Of a stretch of 48,853 nucleotides of DNA, positions 26,190 through 36,000 are shown in pieces (the first letter of the stretch is position 1; the number at the start of each line of letters is the position of its first letter). Both the position numbers and the translations under genes were made by a program. The stretch is from a bacterium (lineage in GTDB: Bacteria; Patescibacteriota; Patescibacteriia; Patescibacteriales; GWC2-42-12). Location of the stretch: the NCBI GenBank assembly GCA_030655095.1, contig JAURWF010000062.1, positions 1 through 48,853 of the forward strand, read 5' to 3'. The notes below the pieces were generated by a model that was not told the origin of the DNA, ran no database searches, and worked only from the letters and a program-made list of their open reading frames with translations.

Positions 26190-27656
26190 TTACATTCCTG
26201 GTATATATTTTTTAAGATTGTTTAATAGTGTGCCTTTTAGAGTTTGTTTTATTCTATTTCTTGCTTTGCCTGTTTTGACAAATCTTAGCCAATCGCGACT
26301 GGGGGTTTTGCGTTTTTTTTCAATGATTATTTCTACTAAGTCACCGTTTTTTAACACCTGACTAAGCGGGGCAATTTTATCGTTGATTCTAACGCCTGTT
26401 GCTTTGTTCCCTATATCAGAATGAACAGCATAAGCAAAGTCTATCGGAGTAGCGCCTTCTGGCAAATCAAAAGCGTCTCCTTTTGGAGAGAATACAAAAA
26501 TTCTGTCACAAAATATATCAAATTTAATTTGTTTAATAAAATCATGAGTGTCTTCAGTTTCATGTTGGATTTTTAATATTTCTCTAATCCATCTTGGTTG
26601 TTCTTTTCGCTTTTCTTTGTTATTATTTTTTGTTTTGTAATTCCAATGAGAGGCAATTCCATATTTTGCTTCTTCGTCCATTTCTTTTGTTCTAATTTGA
26701 AATTCTGTTGTTTTTCCATCTATTCCAAAAACAGTAGTTTGTAAACTGCGATATCCATTGGGTTTTGGCACGGCGATATAATCTTTAAAACGGTTAGCTT
26801 TAGGCGTCCATAATGAATGGATAATTCCTAAAACTTTATAACAATCAGCAATAGTTGGAACAACAACACGTAAGGCAAAAACGTCATAGATTTCATCAAA
26901 TTGATAGTTTTTTTGTTGCATTTTTCTATAAATACTAAAAAGATGTTTAAATCGACTGGTAATTTGGAAATCCATTTTTTCTTTTTTAAGGCCGTCGCCT
27001 AAAATATTTTTTATTTGTTGAATATATTGATTATTCTCAATTTTTTTTTCTACTTCATATTTATATTCTAAATTTTTATATTCTTCTGGTTGTAAATATT
27101 TAAAACAAATATCTTCCATTTGCCATTTGAGCCGCCAGATTCCTAAAAGTCCTGCGACAGGAGCATAGATTTCCATAGTTTCTTTTGCGATCCGTATTTG
27201 TTTTTCAGGTGGCAGAGAGTCTAATGTGCGTAAATTATGTAAGCGGTCGGCAAATTTAATTAAAATAACTCGTAAATCATGAGCCATAGCTAAAAACATT
27301 TTGCGTAAACTTTCTCTATATCTTTCTATGCCACGATATTTTATTTTGCTTAATTTTGTTACGCCTTCTACTAGCATAGCAACTTCTTCTCCAAAATTTT
27401 TTGCAATTTCTTCTAATGTGTATTTGGTATCTTCAGGCACATCGTGAAGTAGCCCCGCGATAATTGTATTAAGATCTGTCTTCATTTGTGCTAAGACAAA
27501 CGCGGTGTGTAAACAATGTTGAATATATTGTTCGCCACTTTTTCTAAGTTGATTATTATGAGCTTTTTGAGCAAATTCAAAAGCTAGTTCTATAAGAGAA
27601 GTGTCTTCGTTAGGATTATTTTCTTTAAATTTATTTATTATTTGATTAATAGTCAT
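26190..27656 (-). CDS. rel: RelA/SpoT-homolog (p)ppGpp synthetase/hydrolase, short form (HD + synthetase + TGS, no ACT/RRM tail)
   Basis: LLHDVPEDT (HD), RFKDYIAVPKPNGYRSLQTTV and FQIRTKEMDEEAKYGIASHW (synthetase), and a TGS-like FSPKGDAFDLPEGATPIDFAYAVHSDIG. Confidence 0.85.
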   Translation of the reverse strand: MTINQIINKFKENNPNEDTSLIELAFEFAQKAHNNQLRKSGEQYIQHCLHTAFVLAQMKTDLNTIIAGLLHDVPEDTKYTLEEIAKNFGEEVAMLVEGVTKLSKIKYRGIERYRESLRKMFLAMAHDLRVILIKFADRLHNLRTLDSLPPEKQIRIAKETMEIYAPVAGLLGIWRLKWQMEDICFKYLQPEEYKNLEYKYEVEKKIENNQYIQQIKNILGDGLKKEKMDFQITSRFKHLFSIYRKMQQKNYQFDEIYDVFALRVVVPTIADCYKVLGIIHSLWTPKANRFKDYIAVPKPNGYRSLQTTVFGIDGKTTEFQIRTKEMDEEAKYGIASHWNYKTKNNNKEKRKEQPRWIREILKIQHETEDTHDFIKQIKFDIFCDRIFVFSPKGDAFDLPEGATPIDFAYAVHSDIGNKATGVRINDKIAPLSQVLKNGDLVEIIIEKKRKTPSRDWLRFVKTGKARNRIKQTLKGTLLNNLKKYIPGM

Positions 27657-27735
27657 AATAATGCGAATAATATTTGTAGTTTATTAATCGGTTATGTTAT
27701 AATAATGTTATTATAAAATAGTGCATTAGTCAAAG

Positions 27736-27763
27736 GACTTTACAGACTTTATAGACTTTTAAC
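27736..27763. repeat. Array C: three GACTTT words ending 7 nt before the ATG of the 560-aa surface protein
   Basis: gactttaca gactttata gacttttaac. The terminal gacttttaac box is the same as at the end of array A. Confidence 0.85.
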
Positions 27764-27770
27764 TTTTTCT

Positions 27771-29453
27771 ATGTTTAATAAATTTAGTAAAAAAAATCAT
27801 AAGATAATTATTGCTTTATTGCTTTATTGCTTTATTGCTTTTTTGTTTATTTTGATTACCCCAAATGTTTTAGCAGCAACAATTGATCCTGGACTAGAAC
27901 AGATGACAGCAACGGGTTTGTCTGATCAAGACATAAGAATAACAATCGCAAATATTATTAGGGCTGTTATTGGGTTTTTAGGAATTATTGCTGTTGGATT
28001 AGTTTTGTATGCTGGTTGGCTGTGGATGACTAGCGAGGGAGAGGAAGATAAAGTTGAGAAAGCTAAATTAATTTTGAAAAATGCTTTAATTGGTTTAATT
28101 ATTATTTTATCATCTTTTGCTATTGTATCTTTTATTTTAAATAAATTAATTGAATCAACTGCTGGTGGCGGTGGTAGTGTTGGAGGCGGACCAGGCGGTG
28201 GTGTAAGTGGCGGGATTGCTGCTTTGGGTAGTGGAATTATTGAATTTCATTATCCTGGCAAAGATCAAAAAGCTGTGCCACGAAATACTAATATATCTAT
28301 TACTTTTAAAGAGGCAATTAATCCTGCTGCTATCATAACTAATAATAAAATAAATACTAGTAATATTAAAATTTATAAAACAAAAGACGGCTTAACTGGC
28401 TCAATGGTTACTGATGTTAATGCTAGCAAAAGTGCAGATAATAAAACTTTTATTTTTGACCCTTCTCAATTTTTAGGTAGCTCTGCTGAAAATTTTTGGT
28501 ACACAGTGGCTTTATCAAAAGATATAAAAACAACAAGAGATGTGTTTGCTTTTGGTGTATTGTCGGGGTTGTTTCCTTATAGTTGGAGCTTTGAAGTAAG
28601 TACTATTGTTGACGAAACTCCGCCAAAAATTGAAAGTATTATTCCTCAACCTAGCGCTACTGAGCCTAGAAATGTTGTTATTCAGATTAATTTTGACGAA
28701 GCTATTAATTCGATGTCAGCTAGTGGCGCGACTAAAAAGGGTTTTAATAATATTGTAGTTAGCGCTTCTTCCACCGGCAATGCTAGCAGTTTAGTCGCAG
28801 GTAATTTTTATTTGTCTAACCAATATAGAACAGTTGAATTTCTTACAGAAGATAAATGTGGGGTTAATTCTTGCGGTTTAGATGTTTATTGTTTGCCTGG
28901 CAATAAAGATATATCTGTTTTAGTTAAAGCAGATGATCCTACGACCTCTCTTTACAATGGAATAGTTGATATGTCTGATAATTCTTTAGACGGTAATAAA
29001 GATGGCGTTGTGCAAGGTCCAACAGCAGATAATTATGCTTGGTTATTTAAGACTAGTAATGACATTGATACTTCTCCGCCAGTAATTACTAAAGTAAATC
29101 CAAATATAAATTCTGACGGAGCAGGTTTAAGCGCTACAGTTGAAGCTGAATTTAATAAATTAATGATGGCTAATAGTTTAAATAGCGATAGTCTTAATTT
29201 GGTTGGCACGCCAGTTATAAATTATTGGATTAGCAAGACTGATGATGCAAGCACTAGTAAAACTACTGTTATTTTTAATCACGATCAATTTAATGAGGAT
29301 AGTAGGTATTCTCCAAAAATTACTTCTGCCGTGAAAGACGTTTACCAAAATTGTTATTTTCCATGTTCAGGCGTAAATGAGACTGGTTCAAATGTACAAG
29401 GCGGTCCGTCTTGTTGTAACGGCGTGGCTAATTTAGGAGCTGTTTGCCCGTGA
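27771..29453 (+). CDS. Secreted/membrane-anchored protein: signal peptide, TrbC/VirB2-like (T4SS-pilin-like) two-helix hairpin, Gly linker, Ig-like (SbsA_Ig/Big-type) domains, Cys-rich tail
   Basis: Residues about 50-128 (IANIIRAVIGFLGIIAVGLVLYAGWLWMTSEGEEDKVEKAKLILKNALIGLIIILSSFAI) form the pilin-like hairpin. GGGGSVGGGPGGGVSGG follows. Repeated P-P-x-I-x-x-x-x-P ... F-x-E-x-(I/M) Ig-type starts are present. Confidence 0.7.
   Translation: MFNKFSKKNHKIIIALLLYCFIAFLFILITPNVLAATIDPGLEQMTATGLSDQDIRITIANIIRAVIGFLGIIAVGLVLYAGWLWMTSEGEEDKVEKAKLILKNALIGLIIILSSFAIVSFILNKLIESTAGGGGSVGGGPGGGVSGGIAALGSGIIEFHYPGKDQKAVPRNTNISITFKEAINPAAIITNNKINTSNIKIYKTKDGLTGSMVTDVNASKSADNKTFIFDPSQFLGSSAENFWYTVALSKDIKTTRDVFAFGVLSGLFPYSWSFEVSTIVDETPPKIESIIPQPSATEPRNVVIQINFDEAINSMSASGATKKGFNNIVVSASSTGNASSLVAGNFYLSNQYRTVEFLTEDKCGVNSCGLDVYCLPGNKDISVLVKADDPTTSLYNGIVDMSDNSLDGNKDGVVQGPTADNYAWLFKTSNDIDTSPPVITKVNPNINSDGAGLSATVEAEFNKLMMANSLNSDSLNLVGTPVINYWISKTDDASTSKTTVIFNHDQFNEDSRYSPKITSAVKDVYQNCYFPCSGVNETGSNVQGGPSCCNGVANLGAVCP
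27810..27841 (+). repeat. Perfect tandem repeat (attgcttt) x4 inside the signal-peptide coding region
   Basis: Copies lie at 27810-17, 27818-25, 27826-33 and 27834-41. The unit length of 8 nt is not a multiple of 3. Confidence 0.95.
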
Positions 29454-29538
29454 TTTATTAGTTAATAAGGTATTTAAATGTAGCTTTGATAACGTTGATA
29501 ATAACTTTAGATAAATACAAAAATTTAATTTTTGTTTT

Positions 29539-30378
29539 ATGATTAATGAAATTACAACAAAAATAGCTTTATTTAAAGGAAAAGAAATCAGAAAAACTAT
29601 TTATCAAAATGAATGGTGGTTTTCTGTTTATGATGTTGTAGGCGCATTAACTGATAGTAAAAACTCAAGAGATTATTTTAATAAAGTATTATTGCGCGAC
29701 GAAATTCTTAAATCAACCTATGGACAATTTGTCCATAGGTTGCCATTAATAGCAGATGATGGGAAAATACGCGATCAAGTATGCGCTAATGCTGAAGGAA
29801 TTTTTCGTATAATTCAATCCATTCCATCTCCAAAAGCTGAACTATTTAAGCGTTGGCTGGCAAAAGTTGGCTATGAAAGAATGAAGGAAATTGAAAATCC
29901 TGAACTTGCTACCAAAAGAACAAGAATGTTGTATAAAATTAAAGGTTATAGTGAAGATTGGATAGAAAAGCGAATGCGTGGAATCGTTATTCGAGAGGAA
30001 TTAACAGATGAATGGCAAAAACGAGGAGCTCAAGAGCAAAAAGATTATGAAATTCTTACGGCTGAAATTTCTAAAGCCACTTTTGGAGTTACTCCAAGCG
30101 AGTATAAAAAAATCAAGGGACTTAAACGAGAAAATTTACGTGATCATATGGATGATTTTGAATTAATTTTTAATATGCTCGGAGAACGCGCGACAACAGA
30201 AATTCACAAGACAGAGGATTCAAAAGGTATGAGTAAACTCCAGAAAGATGCTAAAATTGGCGGTGATATTGCTGGCGGAGCAAGAAGAAAATTAGAACAA
30301 CGACTTAGACGTTCTATAGTATCAAAAAAGAATTTTTTAAATAAGCCAGAAAATAAAAAAATATTAAAAAAATATTAA
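29539..30378 (+). CDS. Bro-N domain protein (DinD / phage antirepressor-like)
   Basis: EWWFSVYDVVGALTDSKNSRDY and FRIIQSIPSPKAELFKRWLAKVGYERMKEIENPE are characteristic of Bro-N/DinD-like proteins. Confidence 0.65.
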   Translation: MINEITTKIALFKGKEIRKTIYQNEWWFSVYDVVGALTDSKNSRDYFNKVLLRDEILKSTYGQFVHRLPLIADDGKIRDQVCANAEGIFRIIQSIPSPKAELFKRWLAKVGYERMKEIENPELATKRTRMLYKIKGYSEDWIEKRMRGIVIREELTDEWQKRGAQEQKDYEILTAEISKATFGVTPSEYKKIKGLKRENLRDHMDDFELIFNMLGERATTEIHKTEDSKGMSKLQKDAKIGGDIAGGARRKLEQRLRRSIVSKKNFLNKPENKKILKKY

Positions 30379-30398
30379 TTTAATAACTAACAGAATCT

Positions 30399-32105
30399 AT
30401 GAAAAAAGCAATTTTTTTATTATCGTTGGTGTTAATTTTAAGTGTGGGATTTTTTTCAACAACAACGCAAATTTTTGCTGAAAGTTTATCTAATAAATTA
30501 AAAGGGAAAATATTATTGCAAGTGGAATCAAGAGGCGAGGCTTGGTATGTTTCTCCTGCTGATGGAAAAAGATATAGTATGGGCAAGCCAAAAGATGCTT
30601 TTGATTTAATACGCAAATTAGGAATTGGCATTAGCAATGATAATTTAAAGAAAATCCAAATAGCAGATGAAAATTTAGTTGGTCTTGATAGTGATAACGA
30701 TGGTCTTTCTGATATGGCGGAAGATTCAATCGGGACAGATAAAAATAATAAAGACAGTGACGGAGATGGATATGATGATAAAAAAGAAGTAATAAATGGA
30801 TATAATCCTATCGGAGCTGGTAAAATATTAATTGATAGTAAGCTCGCTAAACAACAATCAGGAAAAATATTATTACAAGTGGAATCAAAAGGCGAGGCTT
30901 GGTATGTAAATCCGAAGAATAATCAAAGAATTTTTTTAGGCAGACCTACTGATGCTTTTAATTTAATGCGCAAATTAGGTTTGGGTATTTCTAATAATGA
31001 TTTAAGTAAAATTGTTATCCAGTCTAATGCGATAATAGTGCATTCAATTGGTATAAAAGAAGCAAAGATACGGGCAGAAAAGTTTATTAATGAAAAGTTA
31101 TTGTCATCTAATGTAACAGCTACTATTAAAAGTATTGTCTTAGAAGGTGGTTTATATAAAATTATTCTAGAAGTAGGGAATAGTGAATATACTTCTTATA
31201 TGACTAGTGATGGTAAAAAATTTTTTCAAGCAGGTACTGATTTAATTAAAGAAAAGCCTATAGAAATAAACGATTTAGATGTTTGTGATAAGATGCAGGA
31301 TCAAAGTAAAAAATATGAATGTTATTATGAAATTGCTATAGATAAACAAGATTCATCTATTTGTGATAAAATACAGAATCAAGATGATAAAGGCGAATGT
31401 TATTCTTATATTGCGGAAGCTAAACAAGATTTAACTATTTGTGATAAAATACAGAATCAAGATGATAAAGATATGTGTTATTATACAATTGTTATTATTA
31501 AACGAGATTTAGCAGGTTGTGGTAAGATACAAAGTCAAATAATTAAAGGAGGATGTTATACTAGCATAGCTGTAGTTGGGCAGGATTGTGATGAAATACA
31601 GAATCAAGATGATAAAGATATGTGTTATATGGCATATTATGGAAAAGATGTTGCTGAAAATAAAGCTAGAGATGCAAAACGTATTAGCGATATTAAACAA
31701 ATACAGACAGGCTTAGAACTATATTATAATGATATGAGTACATATCCAAACGCTACAAAAATTATTATAAAAGATCTCTGTTTGTCTGCAAACAAGGATT
31801 TAATAACAGGTAATGGATTTTATTCTTCTTGTGTTACTGGCGGTATAAAATATATGAGTCAAGTTCCAACAGCGCCATTGCCAGTTGATGGCAGTTGTAC
31901 TGCTGATAATAACCAATATATTTATCTTTCAACTAATGAAGAAGGTACCGTCATTTGTAAAACTGGAACACAACAAGCTCAATGTCAAAATTATATGTTG
32001 CAATTTTGTACAGGCGAATCTAATGGTTTAATTTCTGCAGGCTTGCATTGCGCCACTTCTAGCGGTATTTCAAATAAGGCATGTTCTTTTCCTGTTATTA
32101 AATAA
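30399..32105 (+). CDS. Secreted chimeric repeat protein (2x unknown ~50-aa domain, TSP3-like Ca-binding repeats, 5x C-x-K-I-Q-N-Q-D-D-K-x-x-C-Y repeats, C-terminal type IV pilin-like globular domain)
   Basis: Signal peptide MKKAIFLLSLVLILSVGFF. KILLQVES(R/K)GEAWYV occurs twice. DSDNDGLSD...DSDGDGYDD is present. ARDAKRISDIKQIQTGLELYYND resembles the end of the pilin alpha1 helix, but there is no prepilin leader. Confidence 0.65.
   Translation: MKKAIFLLSLVLILSVGFFSTTTQIFAESLSNKLKGKILLQVESRGEAWYVSPADGKRYSMGKPKDAFDLIRKLGIGISNDNLKKIQIADENLVGLDSDNDGLSDMAEDSIGTDKNNKDSDGDGYDDKKEVINGYNPIGAGKILIDSKLAKQQSGKILLQVESKGEAWYVNPKNNQRIFLGRPTDAFNLMRKLGLGISNNDLSKIVIQSNAIIVHSIGIKEAKIRAEKFINEKLLSSNVTATIKSIVLEGGLYKIILEVGNSEYTSYMTSDGKKFFQAGTDLIKEKPIEINDLDVCDKMQDQSKKYECYYEIAIDKQDSSICDKIQNQDDKGECYSYIAEAKQDLTICDKIQNQDDKDMCYYTIVIIKRDLAGCGKIQSQIIKGGCYTSIAVVGQDCDEIQNQDDKDMCYMAYYGKDVAENKARDAKRISDIKQIQTGLELYYNDMSTYPNATKIIIKDLCLSANKDLITGNGFYSSCVTGGIKYMSQVPTAPLPVDGSCTADNNQYIYLSTNEEGTVICKTGTQQAQCQNYMLQFCTGESNGLISAGLHCATSSGISNKACSFPVIK
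31362..31628 (+). repeat. Near-identical intragenic DNA repeats (31-42 nt) encoding the CDKIQNQDDK modules
   Basis: tgtgat(a/g)aaatacagaatcaagatgataaag starts at 31362, 31440 and 31587. Copies 2 and 3 extend to 42 nt with one mismatch. Confidence 0.9.
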
Positions 32106-32204
32106 ATTTAGAATTTTATGCCGAATATGATATTCGGCAACAGACTCCTATGTTGTACTAGCGCTAGAATGGACAAAAGGGTGATTTCACATTAAACTAA
32201 AATT

Positions 32205-32603
32205 ATGACTAAAATTAATGAGCAAATTAATTATTGGGAAAAATCTGCTGAGCGAAATTTAAAAACTGCTTTAAGTTTATTTAAAACTAAACATTATGAT
32301 GCTTGTCTTTTTTTCTGTCATTTAACTTTAGAAAAGCTATTAAAAGGATTAGTTGTTAAACAAATTAAAAAAGCGGCTCCGTATATTCATGACTTAGAAA
32401 GATTAACTCTCTTAATTAAATTATCATTTACAAAAGATCAAATTGAAAATATAAAAATTATTTCTGAGTTTAGTCTTGCTGGTCGGTATGATGATGAAAA
32501 GTTTGCGTTTTATAAAAAATGCACTAAAAAATATACAGAAAAATATCTCAATATTTCTAAAGAGTTATATTTATGGTTAAAAGAACAATACCAAAAAAAG
32601 TAA
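32205..32603 (+). CDS. HEPN domain protein (toxin of a HEPN/MNT pair)
   Basis: 132-aa helical protein with YWEKSAERNLKTALSLFKTKHYDACLFFCHLTLEKLLKG, typical of HEPN. It overlaps the downstream nucleotidyltransferase gene by 31 nt. Confidence 0.6.
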   Translation: MTKINEQINYWEKSAERNLKTALSLFKTKHYDACLFFCHLTLEKLLKGLVVKQIKKAAPYIHDLERLTLLIKLSFTKDQIENIKIISEFSLAGRYDDEKFAFYKKCTKKYTEKYLNISKELYLWLKEQYQKK

Positions 32604-32905
32604 AAAAAGAAATTAATAAATATATTAAAATCTTAAAGGCTGATAAATTGCCGATTAAGAAAATTATTTTATTCGGTTCTTATGCTAAAGGAGAACAACA
32701 TGAATGGAGTGACATTGATTTATGTATTATTTCTCCTAAATTTAAAGATGCCTTTGAGGCATTGCAGTATCTTTGGTTAAAAAGAAAAATTTTTGATATT
32801 CAATATGTTATTGAGCCAATTGGTTTTAGTCCAAAAGATTTTAAAGATAAATATAGCTCTCTTGTTTATGAAATAAAAACAACAGGAATTGAAATTTTAG
32901 TATAA
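32573..32905 (+). CDS. Minimal nucleotidyltransferase (MNT antitoxin of a HEPN/MNT pair)
   Basis: LFGSYAKGEQHEWSDIDLCII matches the GS-x10-D-x-D nucleotidyltransferase motif. Confidence 0.7.
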   Translation: MVKRTIPKKVKKEINKYIKILKADKLPIKKIILFGSYAKGEQHEWSDIDLCIISPKFKDAFEALQYLWLKRKIFDIQYVIEPIGFSPKDFKDKYSSLVYEIKTTGIEILV

Positions 32906-33015
32906 TTTTAATATTTTTATTTTTGTTCTTTTATCGGGTTTATAATGTGTGTGGACCTAAAATGCGATAAAATAAAAGATTAAAAGTCGCTTTAAGAGTT
33001 TATGAAAAAAAATAA

Positions 33016-36000
33016 ATGAAAAAAATAATTAAAAAAATATTAATTTTCTTTTGTTCGCTGATAGTTATAATGACAATGGCTCATTTTGCTTTGGCTTTGG
33101 ATCTTGGCATACAATATGGTGAAGCTACTGGATTGGGGCAAGAAGATCCTCGTATTATTGCTGCTAATATTATTAGAATCTTTTTTGGGTTTTTAGGAAT
33201 TATCGCTGTAGGTTTGATAATATATGCAGGTTGGTTGTATATGACTGCTGGCGGAGAAGAAGATAAAGTTGAAAAAGCTAAAAAGATTTTAATGGGAGCT
33301 GTTATCGGTATTATTATTTGCTTGGCGTCTTTTGCTATTGCTAGTTTTATTTTAAATAAATTATTAGATGCTACTGGCGCTGGCGGAGGGAGCGTAAATA
33401 CTGGCGGAGGTGGTGGAGGAATTGGCGGTGGCGGAGTAGGAGCGGCTTGTTATGTTGGGGGCACTGCTAGTAATTGCATTATCGCGAGCTCTACTTGTGA
33501 TATAATAGGATTAGTTTGTGATGCCACTACTTGCAAGTGTAAAAGCTCTGGTTTGCCAGGAGTAGACGAGGCTTGTTTAACAGATGCTTTGGACACAGAT
33601 TGTTCAGCTGGCATTTGTGCAACAGGATTGACTTGCAATAGTAGTGATTGTAAATGTAAAGAAACTAATTTGCCAAGTGCAGGTCAAAATTGTGATGCTG
33701 ATACTGGTCTTGCTGGTTGTCAGGCGACTGATTGTTCAAATAATTTAGTTTGTTCGGCAGACAATAGTTGCACTTGCGTCAAAACACCTTTGATTGCTTG
33801 GATAAGTCCTCTTGATGCTTCTAGTACGCCGAACGGGGCACCAGGAAATTTTATTACTATTGGCGGTCAATATTTTGGGACTTCTACTGGACAAGTGATT
33901 TTTCTTGGGGATACTAGCACTTCAACTGATGATAAAATCGCAACTTTTCCTAATCAAGTTAATTCTCAATGTACTAATTTTTGGCAAGACAATCAGATAA
34001 TTGTAGTAGTGCCTGTTGGCGCTACTACAGGTCCGATTAAAGTCCTTGACTCTACTAATCTTTGGGATACAACTGATAATAATCGCGGTCCTGCTATTAA
34101 TGATTTTACAATAAATAATATCAAACGACCTGGTTTGTGTTTAGTTAATCCAAATGTTGGTTCTTTTGATAACCTTATTGCTTTTTATGGGGTTAATCTT
34201 AATGGAATTAATGAAAAAGCTTTTTTTGGTAATAAAACTAACAATATATTGGCTAATGCTAGAGATTGGTCAAGAGTTTTAGTGCCTAATATTCAAGATG
34301 GTAGAACTTCAGTTTTTGCAACGGTTATATCAGGGAATACAAATTCAGCAGGCAGTACTTTACCCGCAGAAGATTCTAATAGTTTAGGATTTACAGTTAA
34401 AAATAATATTCAAGATAATCCATTTATTGATTATCTTACTCCGATAGAAGGACCAAAAGGTCGGTATATTACTATTTATGGGCGTAATTTTAAAAATTTT
34501 GATTCAGGGAAAAGTGTAGTAAAATTTTATTTGCCAACTGATCCAAATACAAAAATTAATGCCGGAGTAGATTTTCCAATACAGTGTCAAGGTAAATATT
34601 GGAATGATACTTATATTACAATTAAGGTTCCACAAGTAGCACCTCCTGGAGATTATAAGGTAATAGTAATTAATGAAAATAGTAGCACTAGCACTCCAGC
34701 AAATTTTAAAATTACAACAGGTAGTCCTAGTCCAGGTCTTTGTTTATTAGATCCATACAATGGTCCTGTCGGTCAATCTATTAATGCTTATGGTGAATAT
34801 TTTGGTGCTAGTCAAGGAGCTAATGGTCGCGCTGTTTTTTATAATAATGCTTCTAGCTCTCCTACTAGTTGGGCTGATCAAGCGATTAAGACTAATGTGC
34901 CTAGCGGAGCGCAAACAGGACCTTTTAAAATAATTAATAATCAAGTTGGCAATGCGTTGCCTTTTAAAGTTGGCGCTTGCGTTGCTAATACCGATTGTTT
35001 AAATAGTAGTACTGAAGAATGTTGTCCCAGCGGTACTTATAATGCAGGAATTTGTAAAACAGAAGGTGAATGTTCTTTAGGCGGGCCACAAAGTTGTACT
35101 TTTGGTTGGACTTTTTCTACTGCATTAGGAACAAGTACTCCTCTAACTTGCGGTGGTTATAGCGCAGCTAGCGCTTGCTCAGCTGTTGGTATGTGTCCTA
35201 ATGCTCGTGGTGAATGCCAAAGTAGAACTAATATTGAGACAGGATATTGCAGTGATAATAAGTGTAATGAAATCGCTAGCTCCAGTTGCGCTAGTCAGTG
35301 CGCTTATGATAAAGTTTTAAACAAATGTAAATTACTAGGTAAAGTTTGCGATGTGAAAGATACGACTTTAGTTGCCGGATTTACTGCTGAATGTCGTAAA
35401 GTAGGAGCTAAAAATATTTGGCAGATTAACACAAAAGACGCTTCTTGTCCGAATGGGGCTTCTTCACCTATTAATGGTTGGTGTTCTGTTGGCGATTTAG
35501 GCTTTCCGATTGAATGCGTCTCGTCTTCATGTCCAGCAGGTCTTACTTGCCAATCAGGGCAATGCGTAATTTCGTCTTCAGGATGTTCAAATGGATCTTT
35601 TTGCGGTATTGGTGGTAAATGTATAAAAGGATATGGGGTTGGGAGAGAAGATAGTGTTTGCGAATGTTGTTGTCGTGTAGCTAATAGCGCTCAAGATTGT
35701 TGCGCTGGTTTGACTTGCAAAGCAGGTGGTTGTGGTGTTGGCGCGCCAGATTATGGTTTATGTACTGGCTGTAAAGTAATAATTAATGGACAGGTTAACC
35801 AATCTTTAAGTGATCAAACTTGTAATTGCACAGGAAAGACTACTAGATATTGCGATTTAACAGATTTAGCTAATCCATCTGGTGTTTGTAAAGATCAAGC
35901 AGTTGCTGGTCAGAATTGTTATGTTGGTGGTGTTGCTGGTGCTTGCACGGCAAGTTCTACTTGCGCTAGTAGTCTTAGTTGTAATCGAGCGACTTGTAAA

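Noticed and set aside
33002-33019. Tiny upstream ORF (ATG AAA AAA AAT AAA TGA) overlapping the giant-gene start, with an A8 tract
   Set aside because: It has five codons, no supporting signal, and A-runs are ubiquitous here. It cannot be distinguished from chance.
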